A DNA stretch of 64,000 nucleotides from an uncultured delta proteobacterium (GCA_963811325.1 CAWEQT010000001.1:2328758-2392757); one strand, 5' to 3'; shown: positions 28,566 through 37,271, counted from the stretch's first letter. The notes: a model not told the origin generated them from the letters alone. Numbers and translations: made by a program.

Positions 28566-28802
28566 ATTTGTGGAGTAAGGGAATGACGGAAGCGTGGTCA
28601 CTGCGAACAAAGCAAAATAATTTCATACCAAATCTATGTTATAGAAATTGCCACCCGGCATGTGCAGCCGTTGGAGAGACGGCTCGCAATACAATAATGG
28701 ATTTGATATCATTAATCTGCACCGAATTGGTTTTTCCCCTTGATAATTCTCCAGCATATTGCTATTTTTTAAAATAAATTATCTTCCAGAGGAACAAGGT
28801 TC

Positions 28803-29552
28803 ATGCCAACGACGCAAACTATTTCATCGGAACTTTTTCAGGCATGCGAAACAATTTTTGGGTCTGAGGTAAAAGTATCCAATGATTTTCTGAAATATCT
28901 TCAGCCCATCGGCATTAAAACGGCTTACCGGAAAAGAGCATTTGAAACACATCCCGACAGAGCAAAAGCACTGGGTTCTTTCGCAAGGGATTTAAATACG
29001 GAATTCATAGATGTCCGGCAGGCCTATGAAAAACTGCTTTTGTTTGTTGAAACAAAAGATCAAAACACATACCACCACAAGAGCAGACATAATAAGAGCC
29101 ACGACAACCAAAGATCCACACATAAAAAACGTAAAAGCTATCCCGATCATTTCTACACCGGCAGCGTCCCGAAGGGAAACCTTATGCTCGGCCAGTTTTT
29201 ATACTACTCCGGCCTTATTTCATGGCAAACCCTTATCGAAGCTATTTGCTGGCAGCGGCAGCAGCGGCCTCAAATAGGACAGATAGCCATATCCTGGGGG
29301 CTGATTTCATCTCAGGATGTCATTTGTATACTCGCAGCTCGGACTTTTAATGAAAAATTCGGTGAATGTGCACTTCGCATCGGCTATATTTCAAATTTCG
29401 AGCACTTTGCACTTATTGGTAAGCAGCGACAACTCCAGAGCCCCTTTGGTGAATATTTTATTGAAAGAGGTATCCTTACATCCAAGGACATAATGATCAT
29501 TGCCAACAAACAGCAACTTCACAACCTCACAGAAAACAGATGGAAAGAATAA
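28803..29552 (+). CDS. J-domain protein with four C-terminal MshEN-like (GspE-N-like) 24-residue motifs
   Basis: 249 aa. J-domain YRKRAFETHPDRA (HPD). C-terminal repeats LGQFLYYSGLISWQTLIEAICWQ, IGQIAISWGLISSQDVICILAAR, FGECALRIGYISNFEHFALIGKQ and FGEYFIERGILTSKDIMIIANKQ. Confidence 0.75.
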   Translation: MPTTQTISSELFQACETIFGSEVKVSNDFLKYLQPIGIKTAYRKRAFETHPDRAKALGSFARDLNTEFIDVRQAYEKLLLFVETKDQNTYHHKSRHNKSHDNQRSTHKKRKSYPDHFYTGSVPKGNLMLGQFLYYSGLISWQTLIEAICWQRQQRPQIGQIAISWGLISSQDVICILAARTFNEKFGECALRIGYISNFEHFALIGKQRQLQSPFGEYFIERGILTSKDIMIIANKQQLHNLTENRWKE

Positions 29553-29555
29553 TTT

Positions 29556-29615
29556 GGGACGGTTGTATTTAATTTAGTCTGACCGGATTCCCATTTTCAC
29601 GGATATATGCCGGGC
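29556..29615 (+). repeat. REP-like element, second copy flanking the J-domain gene
   Basis: See 28514-28565. Confidence 0.45.
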
Positions 29616-29795
29616 TTCGCTGCGGAAAAAGAGTCTCCTTTCCTTCAATCCCTTCCCCTGCGTACATAAGGTAGTCTCATAATGAAGGAAAGTAAATATC
29701 TGCCGATAAACCATCTCAGTCTGTTTAATTTCCTTATCAACTTTAGCTTTCCGGCTGTTCGGGTTTGAAATATTGTAACTTGTTTACGGAAATGG

Positions 29796-29822
29796 TGTAT
29801 AATAAAATCGTTTAGTTAAACG
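29796..29822 (+). promoter_or_regulatory. extended -10 (TGTATAAT) followed by palindrome CGTTTAGTTAAACG
   Basis: TGTATAAT at 29796-29803 and the palindrome at 29809-29822, 43 nt upstream of the FmdE-like start. Confidence 0.35.
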
Positions 29823-29864
29823 ACTAGTATCGCACTGGCGTGGATTTTGTGAGATGAAAGTTTC

Positions 29865-30503
29865 ATGACAACGACAGATAGCAGACGGAAGATACCGGAT
29901 GATCTGGCAAGATGCGTGGAATTTCACGGGCATGTCTGCCCTTGTCTGATCTATGGTTACAGGGTAGCAAAAGAGGCAATAAGATTGATGAATCTAAGAC
30001 GAGCCGTTGATGAAGAAGTGGCTGCCATCTGTGAAAACGATTCCTGAGCCATCGATGCCCTTCAGGTTCTGCTCGGCACAGTGGCGGGTAAGGGCAATCT
30101 GATAATCAAAGATTTCGGGAAGAACGCCTACACGGTGCTGAACCGTTCAAAGCGGCACGCCTATCGCTTTTCCCGAAAGACGTGCTACAATTACACGGGT
30201 AAGGACAAGAACACTTTTGATCATCTGGAGAAAGCTGTTGCGGACGGTATGGCTTCGGAAGATGACCGGAGGAATCTAAAGCGCTTGAAGGTTGATGATC
30301 TGCTTGCGCGTCCCTTCGAGGAAATCTTTACTACCACGGAAGTGTCCTTTAATGAGCATCTCTACGCGCAGTTTACGCCGTCTGAACCTTGTGCCGTCTG
30401 CGGCGAGATGACTATGGCGGCAAAGATGGTGAATCTAGGTGATGAGCGGCGCGCCTGTATTCCCTGTTCGCAAAAAAAGGGTTCAAAACAGAATATTAAA
30501 TGA
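29865..30503 (+). CDS. FmdE/FwdE-family protein with in-frame TGA (30045-30047): candidate selenoprotein
   Basis: Track ORFs 29865..30047 and 30081..30503 share a frame, and the only interruption is one TGA. The merged product is CVEFHGHVCPCLIYGYRVA...[36 protein letters not shown]...CAVCGE..CIPC, a complete FmdE-family layout with a C-terminal zinc ribbon. Confidence 0.7.
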
Positions 30504-30652
30504 ATAACCCTTTTCCCAATATGACCATTGACTCATGGCATATGTTTATTGATCTTCTTAAAATTCAGCCCAACGAACGACAAGGCACGTATTTCTGATC
30601 CTTTTCCTGATGTAGGCGATATCCAATTATACAGTTTTCATGCGATTTGGTA

Positions 30653-31672
30653 TTAAAGCAGTTTCCCCAGGACAGGATGTCTTTGCGCGGCCATACGCAC
30701 AATAAGGCTTCCCATCTGGGCATAGCTGATGCCATCGGCTTCGGCGGCACAGGCCATGCTGGCGTCTGAGCTGATATCCGCGTTTGGATTAACATCCAGA
30801 ACATAAAAAATATTATCCCGAAGACGGATGTCCATGCGGGCGTAATCCCTGCATCCGGTCGCCCGATAGGCGTTGCCGCAAACCTGCTCCAACACCTTTT
30901 TTTCGTTATTCGTAAGAGGGGCGGGTAACAGGGTTTCAATTTTTTCGTAATGCTGAGAGCCGGGAATATATTTCGCATCATATGTGCAGAGCCTGTCTTT
31001 TATGTTGCCGAAACAAGAAAAATCCATTTCCGCCGCAGGCAGCACCGTTAATTTATCGTTGCCCCAGACAGAAACGTGGAACTCGCGTCCATCAATGAAA
31101 TCCTCCACCAGTGCCGGTTGGGAATATTTATTCAGAATAAAGGATATTCTATTTTTTAAATCCGGTTGATTCATCACCACGGATTCAGGCGTAATGCCCG
31201 CTGAACAATGTTCGTTTTGTGGTTTGACAATCGCCGGAAATGTCTTCCAGTCCTGTATATCCGGGGAGCTAAAAATTCCCCAGGCCGGTGTGGGGATGCG
31301 GGCTTTCTCCAAAAGAATTTTCACGCGGTATTTATCATACGCCAGCGAAAGCGTTTCGGAATCAGCGCCGGTGAAGGTATAACCTAACGTTTCCAGCTTT
31401 TTTATCACCAGTAATTCACTGTTTTCAATACCCGGAAGCCCTTCGCACCAATTGAAAATGATATATTTGGCAGGATCAAAGGGCTGAAGGTGACGGGCAA
31501 TATCGTTATCCGCGATAGGAACGGAAAATGTAGGGTGTCCTATGCTTATAAGAGCGTCGCTAAGCTGTATAGAGAGCCTGATCACTTCATCCTTTTCATC
31601 TTGGGTCCATTCCGGATTAACATTGTACAATAAAACCACCGGAATTTTTGTGGGCGCTATGTCTAACAGCAC
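30653..31672 (-). CDS. ATP-grasp protein of the D-alanine--D-alanine ligase family
   Basis: 339 aa. GTG start with AAAGGTGA SD. Ddl-like layout (..IVKPQNEHCSAGI.., ..EDFIDGREFHVSV.., ..YARMDIRL..YVLDVNPN). Confidence 0.7.
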   Translation of the reverse strand: MLLDIAPTKIPVVLLYNVNPEWTQDEKDEVIRLSIQLSDALISIGHPTFSVPIADNDIARHLQPFDPAKYIIFNWCEGLPGIENSELLVIKKLETLGYTFTGADSETLSLAYDKYRVKILLEKARIPTPAWGIFSSPDIQDWKTFPAIVKPQNEHCSAGITPESVVMNQPDLKNRISFILNKYSQPALVEDFIDGREFHVSVWGNDKLTVLPAAEMDFSCFGNIKDRLCTYDAKYIPGSQHYEKIETLLPAPLTNNEKKVLEQVCGNAYRATGCRDYARMDIRLRDNIFYVLDVNPNADISSDASMACAAEADGISYAQMGSLIVRMAAQRHPVLGKLL

Positions 31673-31918
31673 TATGTCACCTTTTCAGAGTTATAAAAAA
31701 CTTCTTTCCTGGAGAAAGATTGTAAAGAAGCGATGCCTGCATGTCAATATAATATTGATCATAATCTTCTTCTGAATTATACTTGTTATGGCCTTATTAA
31801 ATAATATGCACAACGCAATGACACCTTGTTACCGGACAGTAATGAGTATCATTCCATGTTAATTTCAATCTTGTTTTACCTTCCAATATCTGGTAGTTCA
31901 CAATAAAGGATTGTATTA

Positions 31919-33256
31919 ATGAACGAAATTCTTACAGTTTCACAACTTAATAATAATATTAAATTTCTCTTGGAGGAGAGTTTTGATTTTGTTCTGGTGG
32001 AAGGCGAGGTTTCCAATCTGCGACGGCCGCAATCCGGCCATATTTACTTCACGCTGAAGGATGATAAAAGCCAAATTAAGGCAGTATTTTTTCATAAGTT
32101 CGGTACGTATCAACGGCGGACTTATTTTGAACTGGAAGAGGGGTTAAAAGTTTTGTGCCGGGCGCGCCTCAACGTTTATCTGCCGCGCGGCGAATATCAG
32201 CTTATTGTTGAATCAGTGGAACCTCTTGGCGTCGGCGCTTTGCAAAAAGCATTTGAACAACTCAAAGCCAAGCTTTTTGCCGAGGGATTATTCGATGAAC
32301 GCCATAAAAAAGCAATTCCCTTTCTGCCTAAAATAATTGGAGTGGTTACTTCGCCTACAGGCGCTGTGATCAGGGATATTTTAAATATAACTAAACGGCG
32401 TTTCCCCATGGCCGATATATTAATTGCCCCTGTGCGAGTGCAGGGAAACGAAGCGGCAGCCGAAATAATTCAGGCTCTACGCAATTTACAATCTCATGGA
32501 ACTGTTGATGTAATAGTCATCGCCCGGGGAGGAGGATCTCTTGAGGATATTGCTTCTTTTAATGATGAGGCTTTGGCGCGGGAAATATTCCGTTCGTCAA
32601 TACCCATAGTATCCGCAGTTGGACACGAAACGGATTTCACTATTTGTGATTTTGTGGCCGATCTTCGAGCGTCCACGCCTTCAGCCGCAGCGGAATTAAT
32701 CGTGCCGGAATGGATGGAGTTAATAACAAAGATTAATATTCTCAAACAGAGGATGATAGCGGGTTATTGCCGCTGCCTGAAAGATAAGAAAAATGAGCTT
32801 ACCGGAATACAGGAAAGGCTTAAAGATCCGCGCCGGTTTTTAATTAATTTAAAAATTAATCTGGATGACCTCAAAGAAAGACTCGGGACAGCTTTTTATC
32901 ATGAACAACAAAACCTTAAAAATGAACTTCAACAACTTCAGTTGCGGCTTTTGCACCAGAATCCGGCAAGAAAAATCAATGAAAGAAAAATTTTATTAAA
33001 AAATATTCAAAAGAATTTACTCAACAATTTATCAAGCCGCCTGGCGGCGCTCAAAGAGCGGCTCCAAAAGGACTCTGCTGTTTTGGAATCTTTGAATCCT
33101 CTGGGGGTTTTGCAAAGAGGTTTCAGCATTACACGCAGTATTGCCAGCGGCATGATTGTCAGACAAGCGGCTGATCTAAACATAGGGGAAGATGTCAATG
33201 TCCAATTGGCAACAGGTAATTTTAACGCTAAAATAGAAAAAATATTTCAGGGGTAA
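31919..33256 (+). CDS. xseA: exodeoxyribonuclease VII large subunit
   Basis: 445 aa. OB-fold N-terminus (VEGEVSNLRRPQSGHIYFTLKD), catalytic core (VVTSPTGAVIRDI, ARGGGSLEDI) and a coiled-coil tail. Confidence 0.95.
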   Translation: MNEILTVSQLNNNIKFLLEESFDFVLVEGEVSNLRRPQSGHIYFTLKDDKSQIKAVFFHKFGTYQRRTYFELEEGLKVLCRARLNVYLPRGEYQLIVESVEPLGVGALQKAFEQLKAKLFAEGLFDERHKKAIPFLPKIIGVVTSPTGAVIRDILNITKRRFPMADILIAPVRVQGNEAAAEIIQALRNLQSHGTVDVIVIARGGGSLEDIASFNDEALAREIFRSSIPIVSAVGHETDFTICDFVADLRASTPSAAAELIVPEWMELITKINILKQRMIAGYCRCLKDKKNELTGIQERLKDPRRFLINLKINLDDLKERLGTAFYHEQQNLKNELQQLQLRLLHQNPARKINERKILLKNIQKNLLNNLSSRLAALKERLQKDSAVLESLNPLGVLQRGFSITRSIASGMIVRQAADLNIGEDVNVQLATGNFNAKIEKIFQG

Positions 33257-33258
33257 TT

Positions 33259-33495
33259 ATGGCAAAAGAAAAATTTGAAGACGCATTGAAAAAGCTCGAA
33301 GATATAGTAAGGAAGATGGAATCCGGCGATATGCCTTTAGATGAAGCCTTGAAATCTTTTGAAGAAGGAATAAAAAGCATTCGCTTTTGCATGACTAAAT
33401 TAGAAGAAGCGGAACGGCGTGTCGAAATGCTTTTGGGGAAAGAAGATTCCCTGCAGGTAAAGCGTTTTGAGGGAGACGACAGCGATGGAAGGTGA
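33259..33495 (+). CDS. xseB: exodeoxyribonuclease VII small subunit
   Basis: 78 aa. FEDALKKLEDIVRKMESGDMPLDEALKSFEEGI is the canonical XseB pattern. Confidence 0.93.
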   Translation: MAKEKFEDALKKLEDIVRKMESGDMPLDEALKSFEEGIKSIRFCMTKLEEAERRVEMLLGKEDSLQVKRFEGDDSDGR

Positions 33496-34393
33496 TGAGG
33501 GATTCTTAAAAGCGTATTTACAGGACAGGAAGAAAATTGTGGAAGAAGCATTGCAACATTATCTACCCGCTGATGATATTCCGGCAAAGATATATGAGGC
33601 TGTTCGTTACAGTGTTTTTAACGGAGGAAAGCGAATCAGGCCGATTCTCTGCCTGGCGGCGGCGGAAGCGGTTGACGGCGATCTGGCTTCGGCCATGCCG
33701 ATTGCCTGCGCTTTGGAATTGATTCATTCTTACTCCCTGATTCATGATGACTTGCCGGCAATGGACGATGATGATTTCCGGCGTGGCAAGCCTAGCTGTC
33801 ACAAAGCTTTCGGAGAGGATATAGCCATACTGGCCGGCGACGCGCTGCTTACGGAGGCCTTTGTTCTTTTATCCCGAGCGGAAAAAGTCAGATTATCCGG
33901 ATTCTCCGCAGAAAGGCGTTTGGCGGTTATACAGGAAATTGCCTATGCTGCCGGAATTTGCGGCATGGTTGGCGGTCAGGCTCTTGATGTGCTTTCGGGA
34001 AAATCAGAATCCGACGAAATCACGCTGCGGGAAATTCACCGGCGCAAAACGGGAGCTTTAATTGTTGCCGCGGTAAAATCAGGGGCTATTATTTTTAACG
34101 CCGGCAAAAATAAAATTCAATCTCTGGCAGAATACGGAATAAATATGGGTCTGGCTTTTCAGATAGCAGATGACATCTTAAATGTCGAAGGGGACCGTGA
34201 GTTGATGGGCAAGGAAACCGGCAGTGATGCCTCCCGTGACAAACTTACCTATCCGTCTTTGCTGGGAATGGAACTGGCGAAGGAAAAATTAGTAAAGTAT
34301 ATAGACGCGGCAGTGGCGAGTCTTTCCGGTTTTGATGAGAGGGCTATGCCGCTTATTGTCATTGCGCGCTATATAATGGAAAGAAAATCATAG
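33485..34393 (+). CDS. ispA: (2E,6E)-farnesyl diphosphate synthase / polyprenyl synthetase
   Basis: FARM LIHDDLPAMDDDDFRRG and SARM FQIADDILN. ATG 33485 overlaps the xseB stop; the track's upstream start at 33467 is less likely. Confidence 0.9.
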   Translation: MEGDEGFLKAYLQDRKKIVEEALQHYLPADDIPAKIYEAVRYSVFNGGKRIRPILCLAAAEAVDGDLASAMPIACALELIHSYSLIHDDLPAMDDDDFRRGKPSCHKAFGEDIAILAGDALLTEAFVLLSRAEKVRLSGFSAERRLAVIQEIAYAAGICGMVGGQALDVLSGKSESDEITLREIHRRKTGALIVAAVKSGAIIFNAGKNKIQSLAEYGINMGLAFQIADDILNVEGDRELMGKETGSDASRDKLTYPSLLGMELAKEKLVKYIDAAVASLSGFDERAMPLIVIARYIMERKS

Positions 34394-34423
34394 GCAAAAT
34401 TTAATATTGGAAAGGATTTTGTT

Positions 34424-36340
34424 TTGGTAAAGCATCAGGAAACAGTTAATTACAGTGTTCTGAAAAATGTGGAATTCCCCGCGGATATTCGAAAACTTAA
34501 TACTGCCCAACTCAATACTCTGGCACAGGAAGTGAGAGATTTAATTATTCATACGGTTTCTTCCCGTGGCGGTCATCTTGCTGCGTCTTTAGGAGCAGTG
34601 GAATTAACACTGGCTCTCCATTACGTTTTTAATACGCCGCAGGATAAGATTGTCTGGGATGTCGGCCATCAGGCTTACGCGCATAAAATCATTACCGGAC
34701 GTAAAGATACTTTTGCCGATTTGCGCAAACAAAGCGGCATCAGCGGATTTCCAAGAAGGGAAGAAAGCCTCTATGATGTTTTTGATGTAGGACACAGCGG
34801 AACTTCTATCTCGGCCGCCGCGGGATTTACTGAAGCCGGTTGCTTAAAAGGTGATAAAAATAAAATAATCGCTGTTATTGGCGACGGCTCCATGTCCACA
34901 GGCATGGCCTTTGAAGGATTGAATTGGGTGGGAGATCGTAAAAAAAACATGATCATAGTTTTAAACGATAACGAAATGTCTATTTCTTCGAATGTCGGCG
35001 CGATGTCTTCCTATCTGAATCGGGTGATGACCGGCCATACAATAACCACATTGAAAGCGGATATTAAAAGTTTTCTTGAAAGCATTCCCGGCATTGGCGG
35101 AGGTATGGTTAAATTCGCCAGGCAGATAGAAGAATCTCTAAAAACATTTATGATTCCCGGAGCTCTTTTTGAAGAAATGGGATTTACCTATGTTGGTCCG
35201 TTGGAAGGACACCGATTAAAGTACCTCATTAAAAATTTTGAAAATATCAAAGAACTGACAGGCCCTGTGCTCGTTCATGTAATCACAAAAAAAGGCAAGG
35301 GCTACCGGTTTGCCGAAGAAAACCCGCTGACTTATCACGGCGTAGCTCCTTTTAACGTGGAAACCGGTAAAGCTATTTCTCCTCCGTCTGATATTCCAAC
35401 ATATACGAAAGTATTCGGCAGAACTTTAGTTAAACTGGCGCGGGCCGATGCCCGTATTGTGGCTATTACCGCCGCAATGTGTGATGGCACTGGTCTCGAT
35501 CAATTTTGCAAGGAATTCCCAAAACGCTTTTATGACGTGGGTATCGCGGAGCAACATGCAGTAACCTTTGCCGCTGGTTTGGCGGTGGAAGGCTTTGTTC
35601 CCGTCGTTGCCATTTATTCGACTTTTCTGCAACGGGCTTATGATCAGATAGTATATGATGTCTGCCTGCAAAAACTACCGGTTGTTTTTGCCATTGACCG
35701 AGGCGGGCTTGTTGGCGAAGATGGCGCCACCCATCAGGGTCTCTTGGATTATTCTTATTTGCGTTCCATTCCTGATATTATTGTTATGGCGCCTAAAGAC
35801 GAAAATGAACTGCAACACATGCTCAAGACGGCTATTGGCTGTGGTCATCCGGTATCGTTGCGTTATCCGCGGGGTAAAGGAGTAGGGGTCATTCTTGATG
35901 ATGAACCAAAAACGCTGGAAATAGGTAAAGGTGAAGTATTGCGGAATGGGTCCGATCTGGCTATTCTCGCTATCGGTTCGGCGGTCAATCCGGCGCTGAT
36001 TGCGGCCAGGCGGCTCTCCGAGGAAGGTTTTAATATTAAAGTGATCAATGCCCGTTTTGTGCAACCTCTTGACGGAGAAATGGTTTTGAAAACGGCGGCA
36101 ACAATTAAAAAAATTATTACGGTTGAAGAAAATATGCTGCGCGGTGGTTTCGGCAGCGCCGTTTTAGAATTATTGGCCGAAGAAGGTGTCACCGGCGTCT
36201 GGGTGAAGCGATTGGGTATTTCCGATGAATTTGTTAAACATGCCACACAGACCGAGCAGCGCCATAAGTATGGAATTGATGAAGAAGGTATTATTCGGGC
36301 AATAAGAGATATGCTGGCGGGACAATCCGGTATCCAATGA
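34424..36340 (+). CDS. dxs: 1-deoxy-D-xylulose-5-phosphate synthase
   Basis: 638 aa. GHxxxS..HK motifs, ThDP-binding GDGSMSTGMAFEGLN, transketolase-like middle and C-terminal domains. TTG start with GGAAAGGA upstream. Confidence 0.95.
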   Translation: MVKHQETVNYSVLKNVEFPADIRKLNTAQLNTLAQEVRDLIIHTVSSRGGHLAASLGAVELTLALHYVFNTPQDKIVWDVGHQAYAHKIITGRKDTFADLRKQSGISGFPRREESLYDVFDVGHSGTSISAAAGFTEAGCLKGDKNKIIAVIGDGSMSTGMAFEGLNWVGDRKKNMIIVLNDNEMSISSNVGAMSSYLNRVMTGHTITTLKADIKSFLESIPGIGGGMVKFARQIEESLKTFMIPGALFEEMGFTYVGPLEGHRLKYLIKNFENIKELTGPVLVHVITKKGKGYRFAEENPLTYHGVAPFNVETGKAISPPSDIPTYTKVFGRTLVKLARADARIVAITAAMCDGTGLDQFCKEFPKRFYDVGIAEQHAVTFAAGLAVEGFVPVVAIYSTFLQRAYDQIVYDVCLQKLPVVFAIDRGGLVGEDGATHQGLLDYSYLRSIPDIIVMAPKDENELQHMLKTAIGCGHPVSLRYPRGKGVGVILDDEPKTLEIGKGEVLRNGSDLAILAIGSAVNPALIAARRLSEEGFNIKVINARFVQPLDGEMVLKTAATIKKIITVEENMLRGGFGSAVLELLAEEGVTGVWVKRLGISDEFVKHATQTEQRHKYGIDEEGIIRAIRDMLAGQSGIQ

Positions 36341-36394
36341 TTTTTAATTATACCAAATAGCTTTCGTTATTTCTTAAAAGCAAAATGGTATTAA

Positions 36395-37138
36395 ATGAAT
36401 ATGGCCACTCAAAAAATTCGTTTGGACGAATTGCTCGTTAATCGAGGAATCGCGCCCACGCTGGAAAAAGCCCGCGCGCTGATCTTAGCCCGGGCGGTGA
36501 AAATTAATGAAACATATCTGGATAAGGCGGGCGCGCCTGTTGCGGTTGATGCCGAAATACGAATAAAGGGTCAAGACAATCCCTATGTTAGCCGCGGGGG
36601 ATTAAAACTGGAAGCTGCTTTAAAAGAATTTAAACTAAATGTTGAAAATATTGTCGTCCTTGATGTCGGGGCTTCCACCGGAGGCTTTACAGATTGCCTT
36701 TTGCAGGCAGGCGCCAGGAAAGTTTACGCTCTTGATGTAGGTTATGGCCAGTTAGCCTGGAGGTTGCGTGAAGACAGACGCGTAGTCGTAATCGAACGCA
36801 CGAATATTCGTTATTATGACGGTGCTGATTTGGACGAACGGATTGATCTTGTCACAATTGATGTTTCTTTTATTTCTCTGAAAACTGTTATTCCGGCGGT
36901 CTTAAAATTTTTAGGAGACGGGGCGCGGATTCTAGCGCTGATTAAACCGCAGTTTGAAGCCAAAAGGGAAGAAGTGGGAAGTCATGGGGTGGTTAAAGAC
37001 GCCTCTGTTCATGAACGCGTAGTGCGGGATATCAGCGGATTTTGCGTAGCTAAGAATTTAGGGGTTGAAGGAACTTGTGTATCGCCTGTTTTAGGTCCGG
37101 CGGGGAACTGGGAATTTTTTATCCTAGCGCGAAAGTAA
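36395..37138 (+). CDS. tlyA: TlyA-family rRNA 2'-O-methyltransferase (S4 + FtsJ domains)
   Basis: 247 aa. RLDELLVNRG (S4 domain), VSRGGLKL, and the SAM motif LDVGASTGGFTD. Confidence 0.9.
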   Translation: MNMATQKIRLDELLVNRGIAPTLEKARALILARAVKINETYLDKAGAPVAVDAEIRIKGQDNPYVSRGGLKLEAALKEFKLNVENIVVLDVGASTGGFTDCLLQAGARKVYALDVGYGQLAWRLREDRRVVVIERTNIRYYDGADLDERIDLVTIDVSFISLKTVIPAVLKFLGDGARILALIKPQFEAKREEVGSHGVVKDASVHERVVRDISGFCVAKNLGVEGTCVSPVLGPAGNWEFFILARK

Positions 37139-37262
37139 TACCATTTCTAAATCAAAGATGATATTGAGGCAGCTAAGCGGAGGCGACGAGGCTTATTATA
37201 CATACGTTGAGGAAGCCGACAACGACGCCAACAAAAATAGCGTTTTGATTTAGAATTGGTAT
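37138..37262 (+). repeat. 125-bp intergenic element with 20-bp terminal inverted repeats (MITE/ERIC-like), copy 1
   Basis: ATACCATTTCTAAATCAAAG ... TTTTGATTTAGAATTGGTAT. Begins on the last base of the tlyA stop and ends 9 nt before the ispH ATG. About 90% identical to copy 3 and about 80% to the reverse complement of copy 2 (by eye). Confidence 0.9.
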
Positions 37263-37271
37263 AAGAGCAAA

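Noticed and set aside
28568-28777. Track ORF of 69 aa upstream of the J-domain gene.
   Set aside because: It starts inside the REP-like element, has no SD, and has no recognisable motif.
25253-29615. Integron attC sites as an explanation for the repeats bracketing the PilZ and J-domain genes.
   Set aside because: No RYYYAAC/GTTRRRY core pairs are present at the repeat ends, there is no intI nearby, and the bracketed genes have opposite orientations.
30565-30981. Track ORF of 138 aa on the minus strand.
   Set aside because: It lies out of frame within and beyond the 3' end of the ATP-grasp gene (30653-31672), which has clear Ddl-family motifs.
37158-37253. A 31-codon ORF inside the 125-bp element. 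Copy 1 reads MILRQLSGGDEAYYTYVEEADNDANKNSVLI. Copy 3, at 59959-60054, reads MILRRLDRGYETYYTYVEEADNDANKNSALI.
   Set aside because: There is no Shine-Dalgarno sequence. The differences between copies 1 and 3 are mostly non-synonymous in the first half. The reverse complement of copy 2 has a stop at codon 14. The open frame is therefore probably incidental.
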